Below, in pieces: positions 1 to 16,686 of a stretch of 64,000 nt of DNA. The notes beneath the pieces were generated by a model that was given only the letters and a program-made list of their open reading frames with translations, was not told the origin of the DNA and ran no database searches. Every line of letters begins with the position of its first letter. Positions within the stretch are counted from its first letter, which is position 1. The DNA is from Chrysomallon squamiferum (taxonomy: Eukaryota > Animalia > Mollusca), in assembly GCA_012295275.1 (NCBI GenBank), contig CM022667.1:11098001-11162000 (forward strand), written 5' to 3'. A program made the translations under genes and the position numbers.

Positions 1-205
1 ATATTGGCGAATTCACGCGAACAAGTATTTGGTAATGAAGAATAAAGGGGAAAAAAGAAAAGAAATCCATGCAAGAAGTGTCAACAGAAACGTTGTTATG
101 TGAAGCAGAGCGTTACATAATTAATACTCGTGATCCAGTTAATTGGGGTTTGTGTTCCGCTGGTGTTAAACAGAACATATTGAATGAGATATTGGAAGAA
201 CAAAA

Positions 206-237
<32 letters not shown>

Positions 238-278
238 AAGGCAATATATAAATGTTAATAATATACAAAGTGGACTTT

Positions 279-314
<36 letters not shown>

Positions 315-781
315 TCATCTTTTCTTTCTTTTATTCTTTCTTTTTTGTGATGTTAACGGAAACGTAGAACATTTCTTTCTCAGTTATACTCAGTAATAAA
401 AAACCAGTGATAATAACGAAGAGAAATAGATGAGGACATCTTAATGTACACACATGCACACTTACTATATTACATAATATATCTATATATATACACACAT
501 ACATACACACACACACACACAAAACAAATACGTTAACTGCATACATGCATACAAAAATACAAACACGCAAATATATACAATGCCATATACACACACATAC
601 ACATGCAAACATTAGAAAACTATTTGACCACCTAGTATGAAAACCACTGACAGATGAATTATTTACAATATTATTTTATCTTGGTCGTAACGTCTAAGTG
701 AAAACAGAAAGCGATAACCACAGCATAGACTAGGAAGTCACACCGAAGAAGTGGGTTCTAACTTCATTACGAAAAACTAGT

Positions 782-882
782 CTGGAATATTGATATCATA
801 GTCAAAATGACCACCGGTCTATTGAAATAGTGCTGCAGATGACCACTGGAAAAATTGATTTCGTATTCTACGTGACCACTGG
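782..882. repeat. Diverged ~32-33 bp minisatellite, 3 copies
   Basis: Units ctggaatattgatatcatagtcaaaatgacca / ccggtctattgaaatagtgctgcagatgacca / ctggaaaaattgatttcgtattctacgtgacca; TGACCACYGG starts at 808, 840 and 873. Confidence 0.7.
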
Positions 883-1543
883 CCTCGAGTGGAGATGGTT
901 ACGTTTAACAAAAGGTTTATACGACGTCGCTACTTTGTCGGGATAACTTCGTAAGCTTTATTATTGGTTTGCCTTTTGAAACTGGAACCATCATCAATCT
1001 GGGAATGCTGAATCGTCTAATACAGTTTCTTTCTGAAGGACAGGACAGTAAAAAAAAAAAAAAAAAAAAAAAAAAGGCACCGAGAACAAAAGATACGAAA
1101 ATTGGAGGCGTGAAGACAAAAAAAAAATAAAAAATTCTTCAGCAAGACTCACAGAAAGGTTCTGATGGAGAGAAAAGTCGCATCTGCTTTTGCGAAGGAA
1201 ATAGTTTTCTCATTATCGCATTATCTTGTTGTTCCCCCGAGGAACTTGCGACATCTTGGCCGTGATTTGGACTAATTCGTTTTTGAAACAGGTGATCGCT
1301 GTTGCACCAGGCAGATTGAGGGAAAGACGAGCCATTAACTGAGAGGACAAATGTGTGTGTGGTCAATTATCACAGCCCTGCGTGCGCATCTCTTTTGTTT
1401 TAAGCTTGAGTGCAGTGAATTTGACGACAAGGTGAAATAAATTAAAAAAAATTCGTCGGCGAGGTTTTGAGTGACGGTTGAATCAAATCTGGTTGTTGCA
1501 CGAGTTGTAATGTCGTAAACATTTTAATTTAATTTAATTTAAT

Positions 1544-1602
<59 letters not shown>

Positions 1603-1784
1603 TTATTATTTTTAACATATTCTGACTGATTAATACAGAGACTGAAAAGACAAATTTTCATGTTGCTTCTTGATCAAAGATTAAGACCCTTGTAACTACG
1701 GCGACGATGTAGATAAATGATTTAATTACAATTTTTTTCAACGCGTTCCGCTATAAATTGATATATATTCAAATAAGATAATAA

Positions 1785-1902
<118 letters not shown>

Positions 1903-2503
1903 TAACATAAAACAGAGATTTAAGACATTACAATTGTGACTCACAATATCACACGTTATCAGACAGTAACATCACGTTTAGTCTCCCTGACATAAAGTTT
2001 TAGTCTTCAACTTTATTACTTCTTGAAACTGTCAGACCTTAATTATATTAAGCAGTATTGAATTAGCCAGTACGTGATGCTTCAAGTTTTATGTTGACAT
2101 ATATATTGGCTGTAGGACATTTCCGTTCTAGACACTGCAATGTTAACAAGTCTTCTGACATTTTTGACAAGGGTATCATTTACAGTCTTCGGTTATTGGG
2201 GGTGTTGGTGATGGTAATGGAAATAGTAAATGATAAAACATCACATGGTGATGATGATGATGATGATGACGACGATGACGACGAAACAAAATAATGAATA
2301 CGAACATTCCAAAAATTCAGATGAATCATTTGTAAGGCTGAAATGAATTTCTTTTTAATTTTTTTTATTTCCATTTCAATTTTTGTTTGTTTGTTTGTTT
2401 ATTTATTTATTTATCACTGATTTTCCTTTCATTTATTGTTATTATACATTTTACTAAAATTAAAAAGAAATTATAATATAATCATGCTTGTTTATATAGT
2501 ACT

Positions 2504-2511
2504 GAGAGAGA

Positions 2512-2602
<91 letters not shown>

Positions 2603-2834
2603 GTAACCAATAACTCATTTAAAAAAAAAAAAATAATAATAATCAAATAAAGAATCCTATTCACTGCGAATAAACATTCTTTCATGACTTTTATATCATT
2701 TTTCGATTAAAAAAGAAAACAATTACAATTTGTCTGGAAACTTGAGACTTTATTGATCATAAAACTGTGTATTTACTGAAACAAATAGCAGAAAATAAAA
2801 TATAATAAAATAAATAAATAAATAAATAAATTAA

Positions 2835-2893
<59 letters not shown>

Positions 2894-2941
2894 GCAAAAA
2901 AAATAAATAAATAAAATAAACAAACAAATAAATAAATAAAT
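2504..2941. repeat. (AG)n tract (~2504-2601) and (AAAT)n tract (~2805-2941)
   Basis: Read directly from sequence. Confidence 0.95.
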
Positions 2942-3694
2942 ATCATACAAGATCGATTAAAAAGAAAATATTTTTTCCTCGTTACACGTCAAAATTAATT
3001 ATTAAAACGATTATTCTGAAGGCAAGAAAAGTCATCTAGAAAGAAATAAAAGCGAAGTTATCTTGCAAAAGTTCTTTTTCGATACTAAAGGGGTTGACAC
3101 AGGAAGCGACTTTTGAGCCAGTTTCTTGTTTACAACTAGTTTTCTAGCAGTAACCGTCTTGAGTTTGCTCGTGATTCGGTTGTTCTTGTCGTTTATTTAT
3201 ATATTTATTTATTTTGCTGTAACTTCATGGTCTTATTTGTATTTTTTTATTTATCTGCATATGGGGAAAAAAAAAAAAAAAAAAAAAAAATTATTTTCTA
3301 TAATCCAGATCGATACCACAAGTCAAACAGTGTTAACGATGCTTTAGTAAAAAAAAAAAAAAACCGTCATCATCAACAGAATGTTTCTAATTCCCTACCG
3401 TCAAGATTTTCAGTGAGGTTACGATGACCCAGAAACCTAATGAATAATTCAAACAGAATCTTAGAGTATCCACTTACAATTTTAGTTGCATAATCAATCA
3501 TAGCGGTTAAGAAAAAATATTTAAAAAAATATAAAAATAATAAAGTATTTTAACAGGTAAAGCTTAATTCCTGACAGAATGATAGAAAAGATTGTTTGGT
3601 CGCTTGAGAAATACCGGATAAGCAAATTAATCAACTGGCTTGGAGAGTTCCACTGGAACTGTCAAGCTGCAACTATTTAATAAGAAACATGTTG

Positions 3695-4007
<313 letters not shown>

Positions 4008-4478
4008 AAAAAAGGTAAAGAAACCGAAACTAAAATCATTATAACAAAGTTATCAGTGCAGATGTTAGATAGGTGTACTAATTTAAGACTAACTGAAGTA
4101 ATTTAGTGATTAGTTAGTGGCCTGGCTGAATAAGGAATAATTGAATTAAGTATTACGGTAGTTTGGTTATAGCAGGATTATTTAATTAATTCTTTGACTG
4201 CCATTGCCAGGTTTGTTAAATGGAGATGAGTTGCTTTATCATAGGTGTTTATTGAATTCAAGCAATCTTTTAAAGTTTGTATCAAAACCTCTGTATATTC
4301 TTTATAATCCCGTATATTATAATATAGAGTGTATTGAATATAGAAAGCCATGCATTTATATTGAGGCGAAGCTGATGTTAAATTTCTGAGTTTACTGTCA
4401 CTTAATCAAACTTTCGTAATAATAAAGTACAACAATATTGTAACAAATGTATTTTAAAATCTGTAATTATTATTATTA

Positions 4479-4534
<56 letters not shown>

Positions 4535-4965
4535 CTTTCAATACCTACTGCTAGTTATCTTTTACATTAGCCTTCTCACAGATCAACTGACGAATATAAT
4601 CAAAGCATAACCTTCAGCAAAACAGTCATTTGACACTAGCTGGATTAAAAATCAGCGAAATGATATCACAAAGGAGAGACGATCCCGCAATCTCCCAAGC
4701 CTGAAGCAACTGCTGTTTTATTTAGATAGAGCCAATTGCTAGACTAGGCAAGGTTACCACTGCAATAAATGTATTCGGTTGATAGTAATGTCGTTAATGT
4801 TTGTTTTTATAATAAATTGCTATCATCATTATTAATCCAAGGAGATTAATTACAGTAGATGCTGCTATCTTTGATGATAATCATGTTGGAGTTATGGCAT
4901 TATTTATTATTTATTTTTTTCGGTTTTTGATATTTGTGATATATCTTTGTTTATTTTGTGTTCGA

Positions 4966-5032
<67 letters not shown>

Positions 5033-6732
5033 GTGTGTGTGTGTGTGTGTGTGTGTTTCTGTCATATTTTGCTATTAAAAAACAACAAAAAAACCCAACA
5101 AGCATCCCCAAGGAGACAAAATAATAATAATAATAGTAATAATGATAACACGAGTTACACATCATTTGCTTTGTTGTTTAACACTGAAACGAGAGAAATA
5201 TGCTACAAATAATTTACGAGTTATTCTTACGAATAAGCAATAAAGTTTCTTTCATACACGCCTACCCATAAACAGGAGAATAATATATATATACTATTTT
5301 GCTGCAATAAACAGGACATCCCATACCATAATTATTTGCTGCAATACGAGTAGAAAGTGTTTTAAACAGACAACAACAATCTGTAAAGTGTTATTTTTAA
5401 GCACCTAAATCAGATATTGTACTTTAGAGCCAAGAAAGACGTTCTTGAATCTTCTACGGATGCAAGCACATTTAAAAAAGATGAATCTCTTCTGTCTTGC
5501 CACTAGACAAATTTGTGTGGACCTCATAGAAATGTCGACAAAGACAAATTGAATTATTATTCAAGTATTCATTTCCCTCTACAATTTAAACATTACCAAT
5601 CTATGAACTAAAAGGCACTCATCTGATCTTTTCTTAAACATTTCAAACCGTTTGCTTACTCGGTTATTTTTTTCGGGCAAAAAGTTCTCTGACTGTTTCA
5701 CATTATTATCAGCCTCCCTGATCTTAGGACATCGATTTCAAATTTATTATCGATCTCTAAATTTCAGTCCACAGCTAACGGTAATGTATATATATTTAGC
5801 AACGTAAATTACAAATTATTTATTGATATCTGAATTACAGTCTGTAGACTTGTGTAATATACTAATAGATATGATTTGAAGTTTGGGGTATTATTATTAA
5901 TATATATATATTTTTTTATTAGTTATTTAATTGTGTTTGTTTTTTTCTTTGTGTAAATATGTGGAAATTGTAATGATAAGATTGCTTCTGATGCTGATTA
6001 TGTACAAATAGCCCAAAAAAAAAAAAAAAAAAAAGATAAATTCTTAAATTCTTATTCTAATTCTTATTATTATTATTATTATTATTATTATTGTTGTTGT
6101 TGTTGTTGTTGTAGTTGTAGTCGTAGTAGTAGTAGTTTTCTCTATCTCTGTCTCTGTGTCTCTCTAAATATCTATCTGTTTGTATGTACGTAGGTATATA
6201 TGTATGCATGTATGTATGTATATGTATGTATGTACGTACGTATGTATGTATATATGTATGTATGTATGTGTATATATGTATATATGTGTGTACGTATATA
6301 TGTATGTGTATTACTCGTTTACGTTTTTAATTAAATCTGGTGTAAATATACTAACACCCAGTTTCTTTAATATTAAAACCACTCCTATTTTAATTATAAA
6401 AAAGTGAAGAAAAAAAAAAAGAAAAGAACAAACAATGAAAAAATAAAGGTAAAAAACAAACAAAAAACAAATGCAATAGCAACAACAAGCAAATACGCAA
6501 CTGTCTAATTTTGTTCGTTTTGCTTATGTAGTTGTGAGAGTTAGCTACTCTTGACTGCGGGGGAAAATCAATAGATATGGATTCTCTCCCTTTGATATGA
6601 AAATAACTTAAGACTTTCCCATAAAGTGAAAACATCAGAACATTAAGAAAAAATAATAAAAATTAAAAAAATTAAATAAATAAATAAAAATAAGGAAAAC
6701 ATAATATAAATGAAATACCTTTGTTACACTTA

Positions 6733-6769
6733 TAATAATAATAACAACAACAACAACAACAACAACAAC

Positions 6770-6841
<72 letters not shown>

Positions 6842-6858
6842 AAGAAGAAGAAGAAGAA
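6733..6858. repeat. Compound trinucleotide SSR (AAT)-(AAC)-(AAT)-(AAG)
   Basis: In-register switches of the third base, read directly. Confidence 0.97.
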
Positions 6859-6905
6859 AAAGTTAATGTTGATGATGAATAAAATTTATTATAATGATAA
6901 TGAAC

Positions 6906-6942
<37 letters not shown>

Positions 6943-7970
6943 ATAATAATACATAATGCATAATGATCAACAAATATTATTTTTATCTAAATTAAACGTC
7001 GCTGAATTTCTGAATACTAATGCACATTTTTTTTTAAAGTTATTTTTTTTTTTATATAATGCTCAATATTCTGGCTCACCGCCATTGACCGGACAATTTG
7101 CTCATTAGCTTTCCTCAAATGGAGGTCACGAAATCGACAAACTCTGCAGCAACGACGGCAACGTAGACACGACCTCAATTGCTAACAACGACGTCGGTAA
7201 GATTAGAAAACGAACTTTCCATTCATAGAACTTATCAACATACATGAAGATGTCTTGACTTGATAAAAAAACGTGGTCTCAAATCATCTCATTTTTTTTT
7301 TTTTCTATTTCTCTCTCCCTCTCGTTCTTCTTTTTTTGCTTTTTTTGTTCTCCCCTTTCTTTTTCGTTTCGTGTTATTGCCGTTCTTCTTCGTTCTTAAG
7401 GCGCCATTGTATCAATGGACAGTGCTAGATTAATCATAACTGTGGCAAATTCTGAACGCGCGATTTCCGATAACTGTCATTACACGAAGATTAGTTCATG
7501 ATCGTTTCAGGAAAATAAAACCTAATTTATTGCTTTTCTCTTCCTTCCGAGTTTGCGTAGTGCAAATAAAAACGGAAAAGATGCGGCGTTATGGCGATTC
7601 TATTATTTTATATTAAATCGTTCGGCCAAGTCGTTACGTTAGAACGCACCTTTAACCTTTCGGCGGAGAAATTATATTATCCAATTTCATATCATGTTCT
7701 TTTTTTGTTTCTTTTTAAAAAAAAAAAAATTAATTTTTTTATTTCCACCCCTGTGGCTGTTATTACGAGGAGTGGCTCTATAAGGTAATAACATTTTTTT
7801 TTTTTTTTTTTTCATTTCACGATAACATAAATTTTTCACTAATTTTCAAATGAAAATTGTGCATACCAGAAGTAATTTCTATTTGTTTTTAAATAGATAA
7901 ATATTTGCAACAAATAATTTAATATTTTCTATTTTATTATTTAACGGAATCCGGTTTTTTTTCTTCCTAG

Positions 7971-8025
7971 GATATAAATCAAAGGGTCACGAGTCTCAAA
8001 TGTCCGGGCACAACTCATTTCTACG
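7971..8025 (+). other. Candidate 55-nt exon
   Basis: Polypyrimidine acceptor ttttttttcttcctag|G, upstream branch-like tttaac, donor ACG|gtgcgt; two frames open, one containing MSGHNSFL; no homology recognised. Confidence 0.25.
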
Positions 8026-9003
8026 GTGCGTATGTAAACATGAGTATATTAATAAGAAAACGTATTAATGTATTTACATGTGTTTGTGTATCTTTTAAGT
8101 TTGCATATATTGGTCTATACAAAGGAGATGAGTTATTGAATAAATGATTGAAAGAATAAAAACATTAATATATATTTCTTCTTTTTAATTTATCTGAATT
8201 TTTCTCTCTCACTATTTTTCTTTTTTTCTTTCTTTCTTTCATTTCTTTCGTTCTCTTCTTTCTTTCACCTCTTCTTTCTTTCACCTCTTTCCTCTTTCTT
8301 TTTTCTTTTCTCTTGTTTTTCAGTTTTTCATTTTTAAATATATATATTTTTTTATATATTCAATTTTATTTCACCTGTCATATCTTCTTTCCCTTTATTT
8401 CACTTCTTTTTGTTTCTCCTTCTTTCTCCAATTTTTTATTTTTATTTAACCCCACTCTTTATGCCATCCGATTTTCCTTACCTACATTCCCTACACCTCT
8501 TTTTTCTACTCTCTTAATTTTCTATCATCTTATTTCATTCCAGCACAATCCAGATTCACCGCAGCATTCTCAGCCTAACGTGTCAAGTCATAGGCAGACT
8601 CCTTAAACCTTGTTCTCAGATAAAATTACTAGTTTCGAAAACTCCACTTGAAGCTGGAGACACACTCACTCATTCCGGAAGATCCGTTATTTAAATGGGT
8701 TCTACGCTAACCATGTGATTGGCCTATTACGGAGTCCAATGGTACATAAAGACTGGTAATTAGAAAGCGCGGACCTGCTAAAAACGTGCAGTGTTGTACA
8801 CCAGGCAAACATGCAGACACGTCAAACATGTTGAGAATTCTAGCGAAAAGGATTTTTTTGTGACCCGTTACGAGAAAATGTGCAATAAAGTGTTATTTTG
8901 TAGTTGTTATTTTGGGTTGTTGGTGGCATTTTTCATTGTTTTTATTTTTTTTTTTATTTTTTTTTTTATTGATATTGTTTAGTTACTGACATCGTCATCG
9001 TCG

Positions 9004-9039
<36 letters not shown>

Positions 9040-9059
9040 CCTTTACCATCACATCTATA

Positions 9060-9068
9060 TTATTATTA

Positions 9069-9120
<52 letters not shown>

Positions 9121-9319
9121 TTTACTTATTTATTTGTTTATTTATTCCTTCATTTGATTTCTTTATTTATTTGCAATGAATGAATAGCTTTTATATTTAT
9201 AATGTTTTCTAAAACGTATTCCTTTCATTTATCCAATTCATATGGAAGCTGCAAATAAAATACTATAGTCAGAACTTCTATGATTATGATGATGGTGAAT
9301 GACGATGATAATAATAATA

Positions 9320-9405
<86 letters not shown>

Positions 9406-9530
9406 AAGAAGAAGAAAAAAAAAAGAGAAAAAAGGAGTAAAAAATAAGAACAGTAAAACCCAAAAAAAAAAAAAAAAAAAAAAGAACAACAAAAAAGAAC
9501 AAAAATAAAATAAAATAAAATAAAAATAAA
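9060..9530. repeat. Compound SSR block (ATT)n/(TTTA)n followed by (AAT)n(AAG)n and A-runs
   Basis: Read directly from sequence. Confidence 0.95.
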
Positions 9531-10234
9531 ATCGTTCATTATCGCTTAACGCCGACTACCTTAATCGACTTTTCAATCCTTTCTGGACAACTTGTCACAT
9601 CTGCTTGAAAAATTAAATATTTCCATCAATGCATGAAAATTCATCTCGAGATTTTTAATCTCGAAGAAATAAACAAAGAAAAAAAAAAAAAAAAAAAAAA
9701 AAAACATCAGGAAAGGTGAACAGATATTACATTGGAAATTAAGTAGAAAATCTCTTTCTCTTCACATCATCGTTTTAAAGTGTTATGTTCTTCCTCTCTT
9801 TAACGTCTGTTTTCAATTATTAGTCGACTGTGAAATTATTTTTTTCTTGTTGTTCTTCTTATTTTACGTTTCGCTAAATAAGAGATAAAAACTTGAAACT
9901 AAAATGATTTCCTGTCGAGTCTTATGAACTGTAAACAATTCCTTGACTTTTTTTTCTGGTGTTTTTTTTACCTTTTACATATTTTTTAACTATTACTTTT
10001 TTTTTTCTATATGGATGAATTTATTTGCCATTATTATACAGTTAATAACTAATGGAACATAAAATAGGGATAAAATAATTTTTAATAACTTTTTTAGCTT
10101 GTTTTCAAGTCTGCTTGACTTTCAGTTCGAAGCATATCTACTTAGAAGTGCAAACCTATGTAATAACTCACGTAATGGTATACGTACAAAATAATTGCAT
10201 ACATATGTAAATATAGATATACGCAAACACTCAG

Positions 10235-10274
<40 letters not shown>

Positions 10275-10517
10275 TAACACATACACATATACATACAAAA
10301 ATGTGTAGAAATAGACACATATGTAAATGTAAACACTTAATCACACACATACATACATACATACAGACAGACAGACAGACAGAAATAATGAAAAACAAAC
10401 AGATATATCGACAGCAAAATGTGTACTATCACCACAACATAAACAAACAACAACACGAACATTAAATATTAAAGTCCAATACGAATTAACAACTTCAACA
10501 ACAACGACAACAATAAA

Positions 10518-10549
<32 letters not shown>

Positions 10550-10850
10550 AAAAAAAAAAAAAAAAAATCACATCTAAAATTATATGAAAAACATCACAGC
10601 AGAATTGAAACCAAAAAGTGATTTACATGGAAAGAATAGCCATGACTTTGAGAAAAGATAATTTTCTTTGGTTGTGTGTTATAGATTAAAAACAAGCGAT
10701 CTGTCGAGTGGCTACCCTGCGGAATGATTTCAGTTGAACGTGCTCAGAAAACAAAGACATCAGAACGAGCAGGATCTTCATTTCTTTTCTTTAATTTTCC
10801 ATACTTGTAGAGCCAAGGATTGCCTTGGAAAAAAAAATAAAAATAAAGAA

Positions 10851-11010
<160 letters not shown>

Positions 11011-11197
11011 ACGTAATCTGTGTTATTTTTGAATATGAAATTTCAAATTAAAAAAATTGTGTGAAATGTAGATATGGTGATATTTTGTACATTTGTGTAC
11101 GGTTTTGTTTATGTTTGTTTTGGTGATTAAGTTTGAAGGTTGTTTCTGGTAAACCGAATTAATCAAATTATAGTTAAATATAGTTAATACATAATTA

Positions 11198-11247
<50 letters not shown>

Positions 11248-11935
11248 GTGTTTTCAGTGAATAGAGTAAAGCTCAAACCTTCAGTATTATTTTATAGATT
11301 TACTCAGAGCATATCCATGTATATGCATGCACGTTATTTCTTTTTATGTAAGTATATATATATAGTCATAATAATAATAATAATAATAATAATGAAAATG
11401 AAGATGACACACACACACAAACACACATAGATAAAGATATAGACATTTTCAATTTCATGATATCCATTTGTTCCCAGTCTAGTTTTCAGTTTATATTATA
11501 AATCATGACTGACAAAATAAAATTGTCATGTCTTACGGTAATAAACATTAAAACCTCTGAACTAATTTCTTGCAAATCTGAGACCACAAACGTAGGAGGG
11601 CCGTGTAGGGGAGAAACATAAAACGTTGATGTCCGAACATTAAAGTCGAGGTAGATGAAATATGAGAAAGTGGAAAATCGTTCGTGTGAAATCGATATAA
11701 TCGGAGAATCTATTTCTGACCACGATAATGGCACGAAATACACAGATTTATTTTTAAAAATTTATTTAAAGAATAAATTGGTTTTGTTTTTATTTTTTTT
11801 TTTTTTTTTTCAAAAATTAACTGAATGAAGTGATTGTGGCAACTGTACGTTTTAATAACATTGTATTTTTAGTCATTTTTTACTGGTTTAGATTGCTTAT
11901 TTTCGGAATAGTCCGAAACATTCCGAATTGTTAAA

Positions 11936-11960
11936 TGACGTCAATAATATAATTACGTCA
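11936..11960. promoter_or_regulatory. Paired CRE/ATF-type bZIP sites
   Basis: TGACGTCA (11936-11943) and TTACGTCA (11953-11960). Confidence 0.45.
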
Positions 11961-12612
11961 TAATGAACACCGTAGCTGGCATGACAAGCCGTAAAAGGTA
12001 AGCAATTTACTGTTACTTTTATTACTGTTTTTGTTTTTGTTGTTGTTGTTGCTGCTGCTGCAGCTGTTGTTATTCGTTATATATTCTTCCACACCCAAAA
12101 TTGAAAACCAGACGTCATATACATTCCTACAAATTCATGCACAGTACACGCGCAAACAGAAAAAAAAAAAACCATATTAAACGTAAAAATAGAAATACAG
12201 TTTGTGGTTTTCACTGCTATATACCACGAAATATATTTACACACAGCACGTTTTATTCGAACTTCACAACTCTCCTGGGAAATCAGGTTGTAAGATTCCA
12301 CATGTGTAACGATTTACTTCACTTCGTTTCCCTTAATATTTACTGTACGAACGAAACTAGACTAAACTCTGGCAGTTGTTCGAATTTCTGTGTTTTTAAA
12401 ACTGTGGTTGTCAGGGTTTATCTGGGATTTAAGAAGAGAGTTCTGAATTCTTTGTACCAACTTTCGTTATAGTGAGAATTAAAGTTTTAATAGTAAGTCT
12501 AACAACATCAGTAATAGTAATGATGTTGATGATGACAGCGATATTATTATTACTCCTACAGGTTATATTGCTGCTGCTACTACTATTATTACTATTAGTA
12601 GTAGTAGTAGTA

Positions 12613-12658
<46 letters not shown>

Positions 12659-13385
12659 CAATGATAATAACAATAGTTTATATCATGATTAAAAATTAAT
12701 AAACACAAAGATAAATAAAATAACATAATTTAACACAAATATATTAATCAGTTTAAAAAAAAAATGAACGAACAAACAAACAAACAAACGAATAAACAAA
12801 CAAACAAACAAACAAATAAATAAATAAAAAATGAAATAAACGGGGATCACTGATGGCACATTGCTGGAAACATTTCGTTCTAGTTTAATGCTATTAAATA
12901 TTTCTACATTTTATTTATGAATGAACTGTGGATAAACACAATAATATAAATTTCAGTTAAAACTGCAATATCGTTCTGTATATATATACTTTTATTTATT
13001 TCTTTCGTTTCGTCTCAAGGTCAGCCATCATAATTATTGTTTTCAATTCACATGGTAATTTTCTTGGTTTTTCTTTCTATTTTTACTTCAGCTAACTTGG
13101 ATAGCAGGTGTTATTTTAAAACTACATTCCTCTAGACAAAATAAACCTACTGAAAATTAAAAAAAATAGGAACAAAAATAAGAAGAAGAAGAAGAAGAAG
13201 AAATTAAATTTGAAGGAGCTAAAAGTAATTTTAATTTGTTGTCAGTGATAATGAGATATATTTTTGTTCGTTGATTGGACGTCAAACCGAATTGTCTGTG
13301 CGAGTCAAGATGTTTGTAAAATGGAAAAAGCAAGAGAAATGATTAGCTTTATAACGTACACAATTGTTTTTGAGAGACAGTTTGG

Positions 13386-13528
<143 letters not shown>

Positions 13529-14006
13529 TGTTTATGTTTGTATATATTTATATATAGATATGTGTGTGTATATTTATGAATGTATATATGTTTATATGTA
13601 TGTATGTATGCATATGTGTGTGTATATATGTTTATATGTATGTAGATTAAGTAGGTAGATCTGTATTTATGTTTCAGTGAATGTTACACTAATATATGGT
13701 CATACATTATAATATACATAGACTTTTTGCAATTCAGCCTTTTTTTGTCTAGAAAAAGTATTTAAACCATGATATGGTATCAGAGTGCAAACCCATCAAT
13801 ACTTTTCATAAATGTTATTAGATTTTTCCAGAAAGATGAAAGAAAAAAGAAGAAAAAGCACTCGAAAGATGAAAATTCTCTTAACAGCGACATTTCAAAT
13901 CTCAAATTTTAATTCTGTAACAGATTATAAAAAAGAGAGTAAAAATAACTTTTAGAAAGTAAATAAATGTAAATGTAAATGTAAATAAAAATAATAATAA
14001 TAATAA

Positions 14007-14037
<31 letters not shown>

Positions 14038-14084
14038 ATAGAAATGAAGAAAAAAACGAAAACGTTATTTTAATCTTACCCACC

Positions 14085-14492
<408 letters not shown>

Positions 14493-15489
14493 ACTAATTT
14501 TTCTATCTGCCTTTTTTCTTCATGTATTTCATTTTTTATTTTATTTTTTTTATCCTCCATACGTAAACAAGCACTTCGTAGAGGCAGACGTCAAGAAAAA
14601 AAATAAAAAAAAGTTCTGAGATCTGACATTCTGCTGTGTAACAAACTGACACGATACATGTTCCACGGTTCCGAAACGCGAGAATCATGTTGTCCGTCAT
14701 TTCAATAATTATTTCAGAAAGAAAAAAAGAAAAAGAAAGAAAAGAAAAAAGAAAAATGTGAGGATCGAGTGCAGGTGTTTTTTGTTGTCATATTTCGACA
14801 TGGCGTATCAGACAAGGATCGTTAACTCAGATTGTCAGATTTTAAGTTTTGTTTTTCAGTTGTTTCTCTCATTTATTTATTTAGTTATAAATTTTATTCA
14901 TTTTTTGTCTAGATAATGAAATTCAGCTTTTCTCTGAAAATATATATAAAAATTAAAAAAGAAAGAAAGAAAAATTTTAATATTTCAACCATTCGACAAG
15001 TGAGGCTTCACAAACCCGCCCTCGATTAAGTATCTGCAAGAAATTCAATATTTGTAACGTTAAAAATATGCTGTTTTATATATCAGAACATTTAAAAAAA
15101 AATGTTCATTTTTATTAATTAATTTTTTTTTAAAGAATTTAATTCTCCGATTTATACAAACGTATTTTACTTCTTTCCTACATTTTTGTTTTCTTTTTTC
15201 AACTTGTTTTTATTTTCGTTTATTTATTTATTTATTTATTATTTTATTTTATTCTTTTGTTTTTTTGGGGGTGGGAGGCGGCATATTGTGGGTTAAAAAA
15301 AATCTTTCAGTTGAGAATTTCCTTATATGCTGTTGTTCTTATTGCTGTTGTTGTTGCCGCTGTTATTATTATTATTATATTTGCTGTTGTCGTCCCTGTA
15401 ACTGTAGATATCTTTATTATTATTATTATTGTTTGTGTTGTTATTGATCAAATTCTTTCTGTTATTATTATTATTATTATTATTACATT

Positions 15490-15554
<65 letters not shown>

Positions 15555-16130
15555 AAACAACAACATCATCAACACCAACACCAACCACCATCAGCATTAT
15601 TACAACTAATCTATATTTTTCTCAAAAGGCAGCGTACTTTTAGACTACTGGAATGCACCCACTGGTTTCTGTGTCTTTTCAAAAACGTACACTCATTGAC
15701 ATGCGTCGTTTTTCTAGACGTTTGCACCCAGTTAAGCGATCGTTTCCACCAACGCATTTGTCAAGACGGGCATCGCTGAATTTATCCCCTCTAAAAAAAG
15801 ATCAGTCCAACAGACTCGGAAATGAGTTCTTCAAGCCGATACTGATTTTCTTCTGGGTTTTTTCGACGTGTTGTGTCACCATTCAGCAGAAATGTCAAAC
15901 ACAGAGAACGACAGTGACGTAATTAGTACGTTTTGTGAACTGGAATGCGACAGACAATCGTTATGTGTGGTGATGGGAATGGTACAGAGATTCATGCGAC
16001 AAAATTATTGCAAAAAAAAAAAAAAATACAAGACAAAAACTTTGATGCTGGAAACCGAGGGACAGACAAATGTATAAACAGATAAATAAATAGATAGTTA
16101 GACAGATAGGTAGGTAGATAGATAGATAGC

Positions 16131-16162
<32 letters not shown>

Positions 16163-16266
16163 GAGAGAGACCGACAGACCGACAATTAAATAGACAGACA
16201 GAAAGACAGATGGATAGGTAGGTAGGGAAGCAGACAGAAACACAGAGAAAGAAAAAAGAGTGAGAC

Positions 16267-16320
<54 letters not shown>

Positions 16321-16634
16321 TTTTCCCGGAACATATCTGTTAATAAAACTGTTTTGGCGTAAATTTAGATTTGTCACTGCGTCCTTATGTGAGCAGTTTA
16401 ACAATACTTTACTGAAGAACTACAATTATAAAACAAATACGCAAACATCGGCGTAACCTAGAGCATATATCAGTGAAATATTTATCTAGAACGGGTAAGA
16501 CATTGAACAAATGCGGAAGATGGTTTTGCTACATCTGATATTTTTAAACTTAATGTCGATATCATTTGTATACGTAATTTTCTTACGGGATAGGTTTCAT
16601 TAGAGAGAAATAATGTCAAGTTCATTTTATTTCA

Positions 16635-16686
<52 letters not shown>

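Noticed and set aside
808-882. Repeat-spacer patterns superficially like CRISPR (also 31022-31074 and 62382-62521)
   Set aside because: Eukaryotic context, no cas genes, repeats only 10 bp or lacking unique spacers, and only 3-5 units
1368-1390. TATCACAGCC matching the 5' end of miR-2 family miRNAs
   Set aside because: No complementary arm in the flanks, so no pre-miRNA hairpin; the 3' half does not match
7109-7197. Possible exon ending at CG|gtaaga
   Set aside because: Weak acceptor without a polypyrimidine tract and no recognisable peptide
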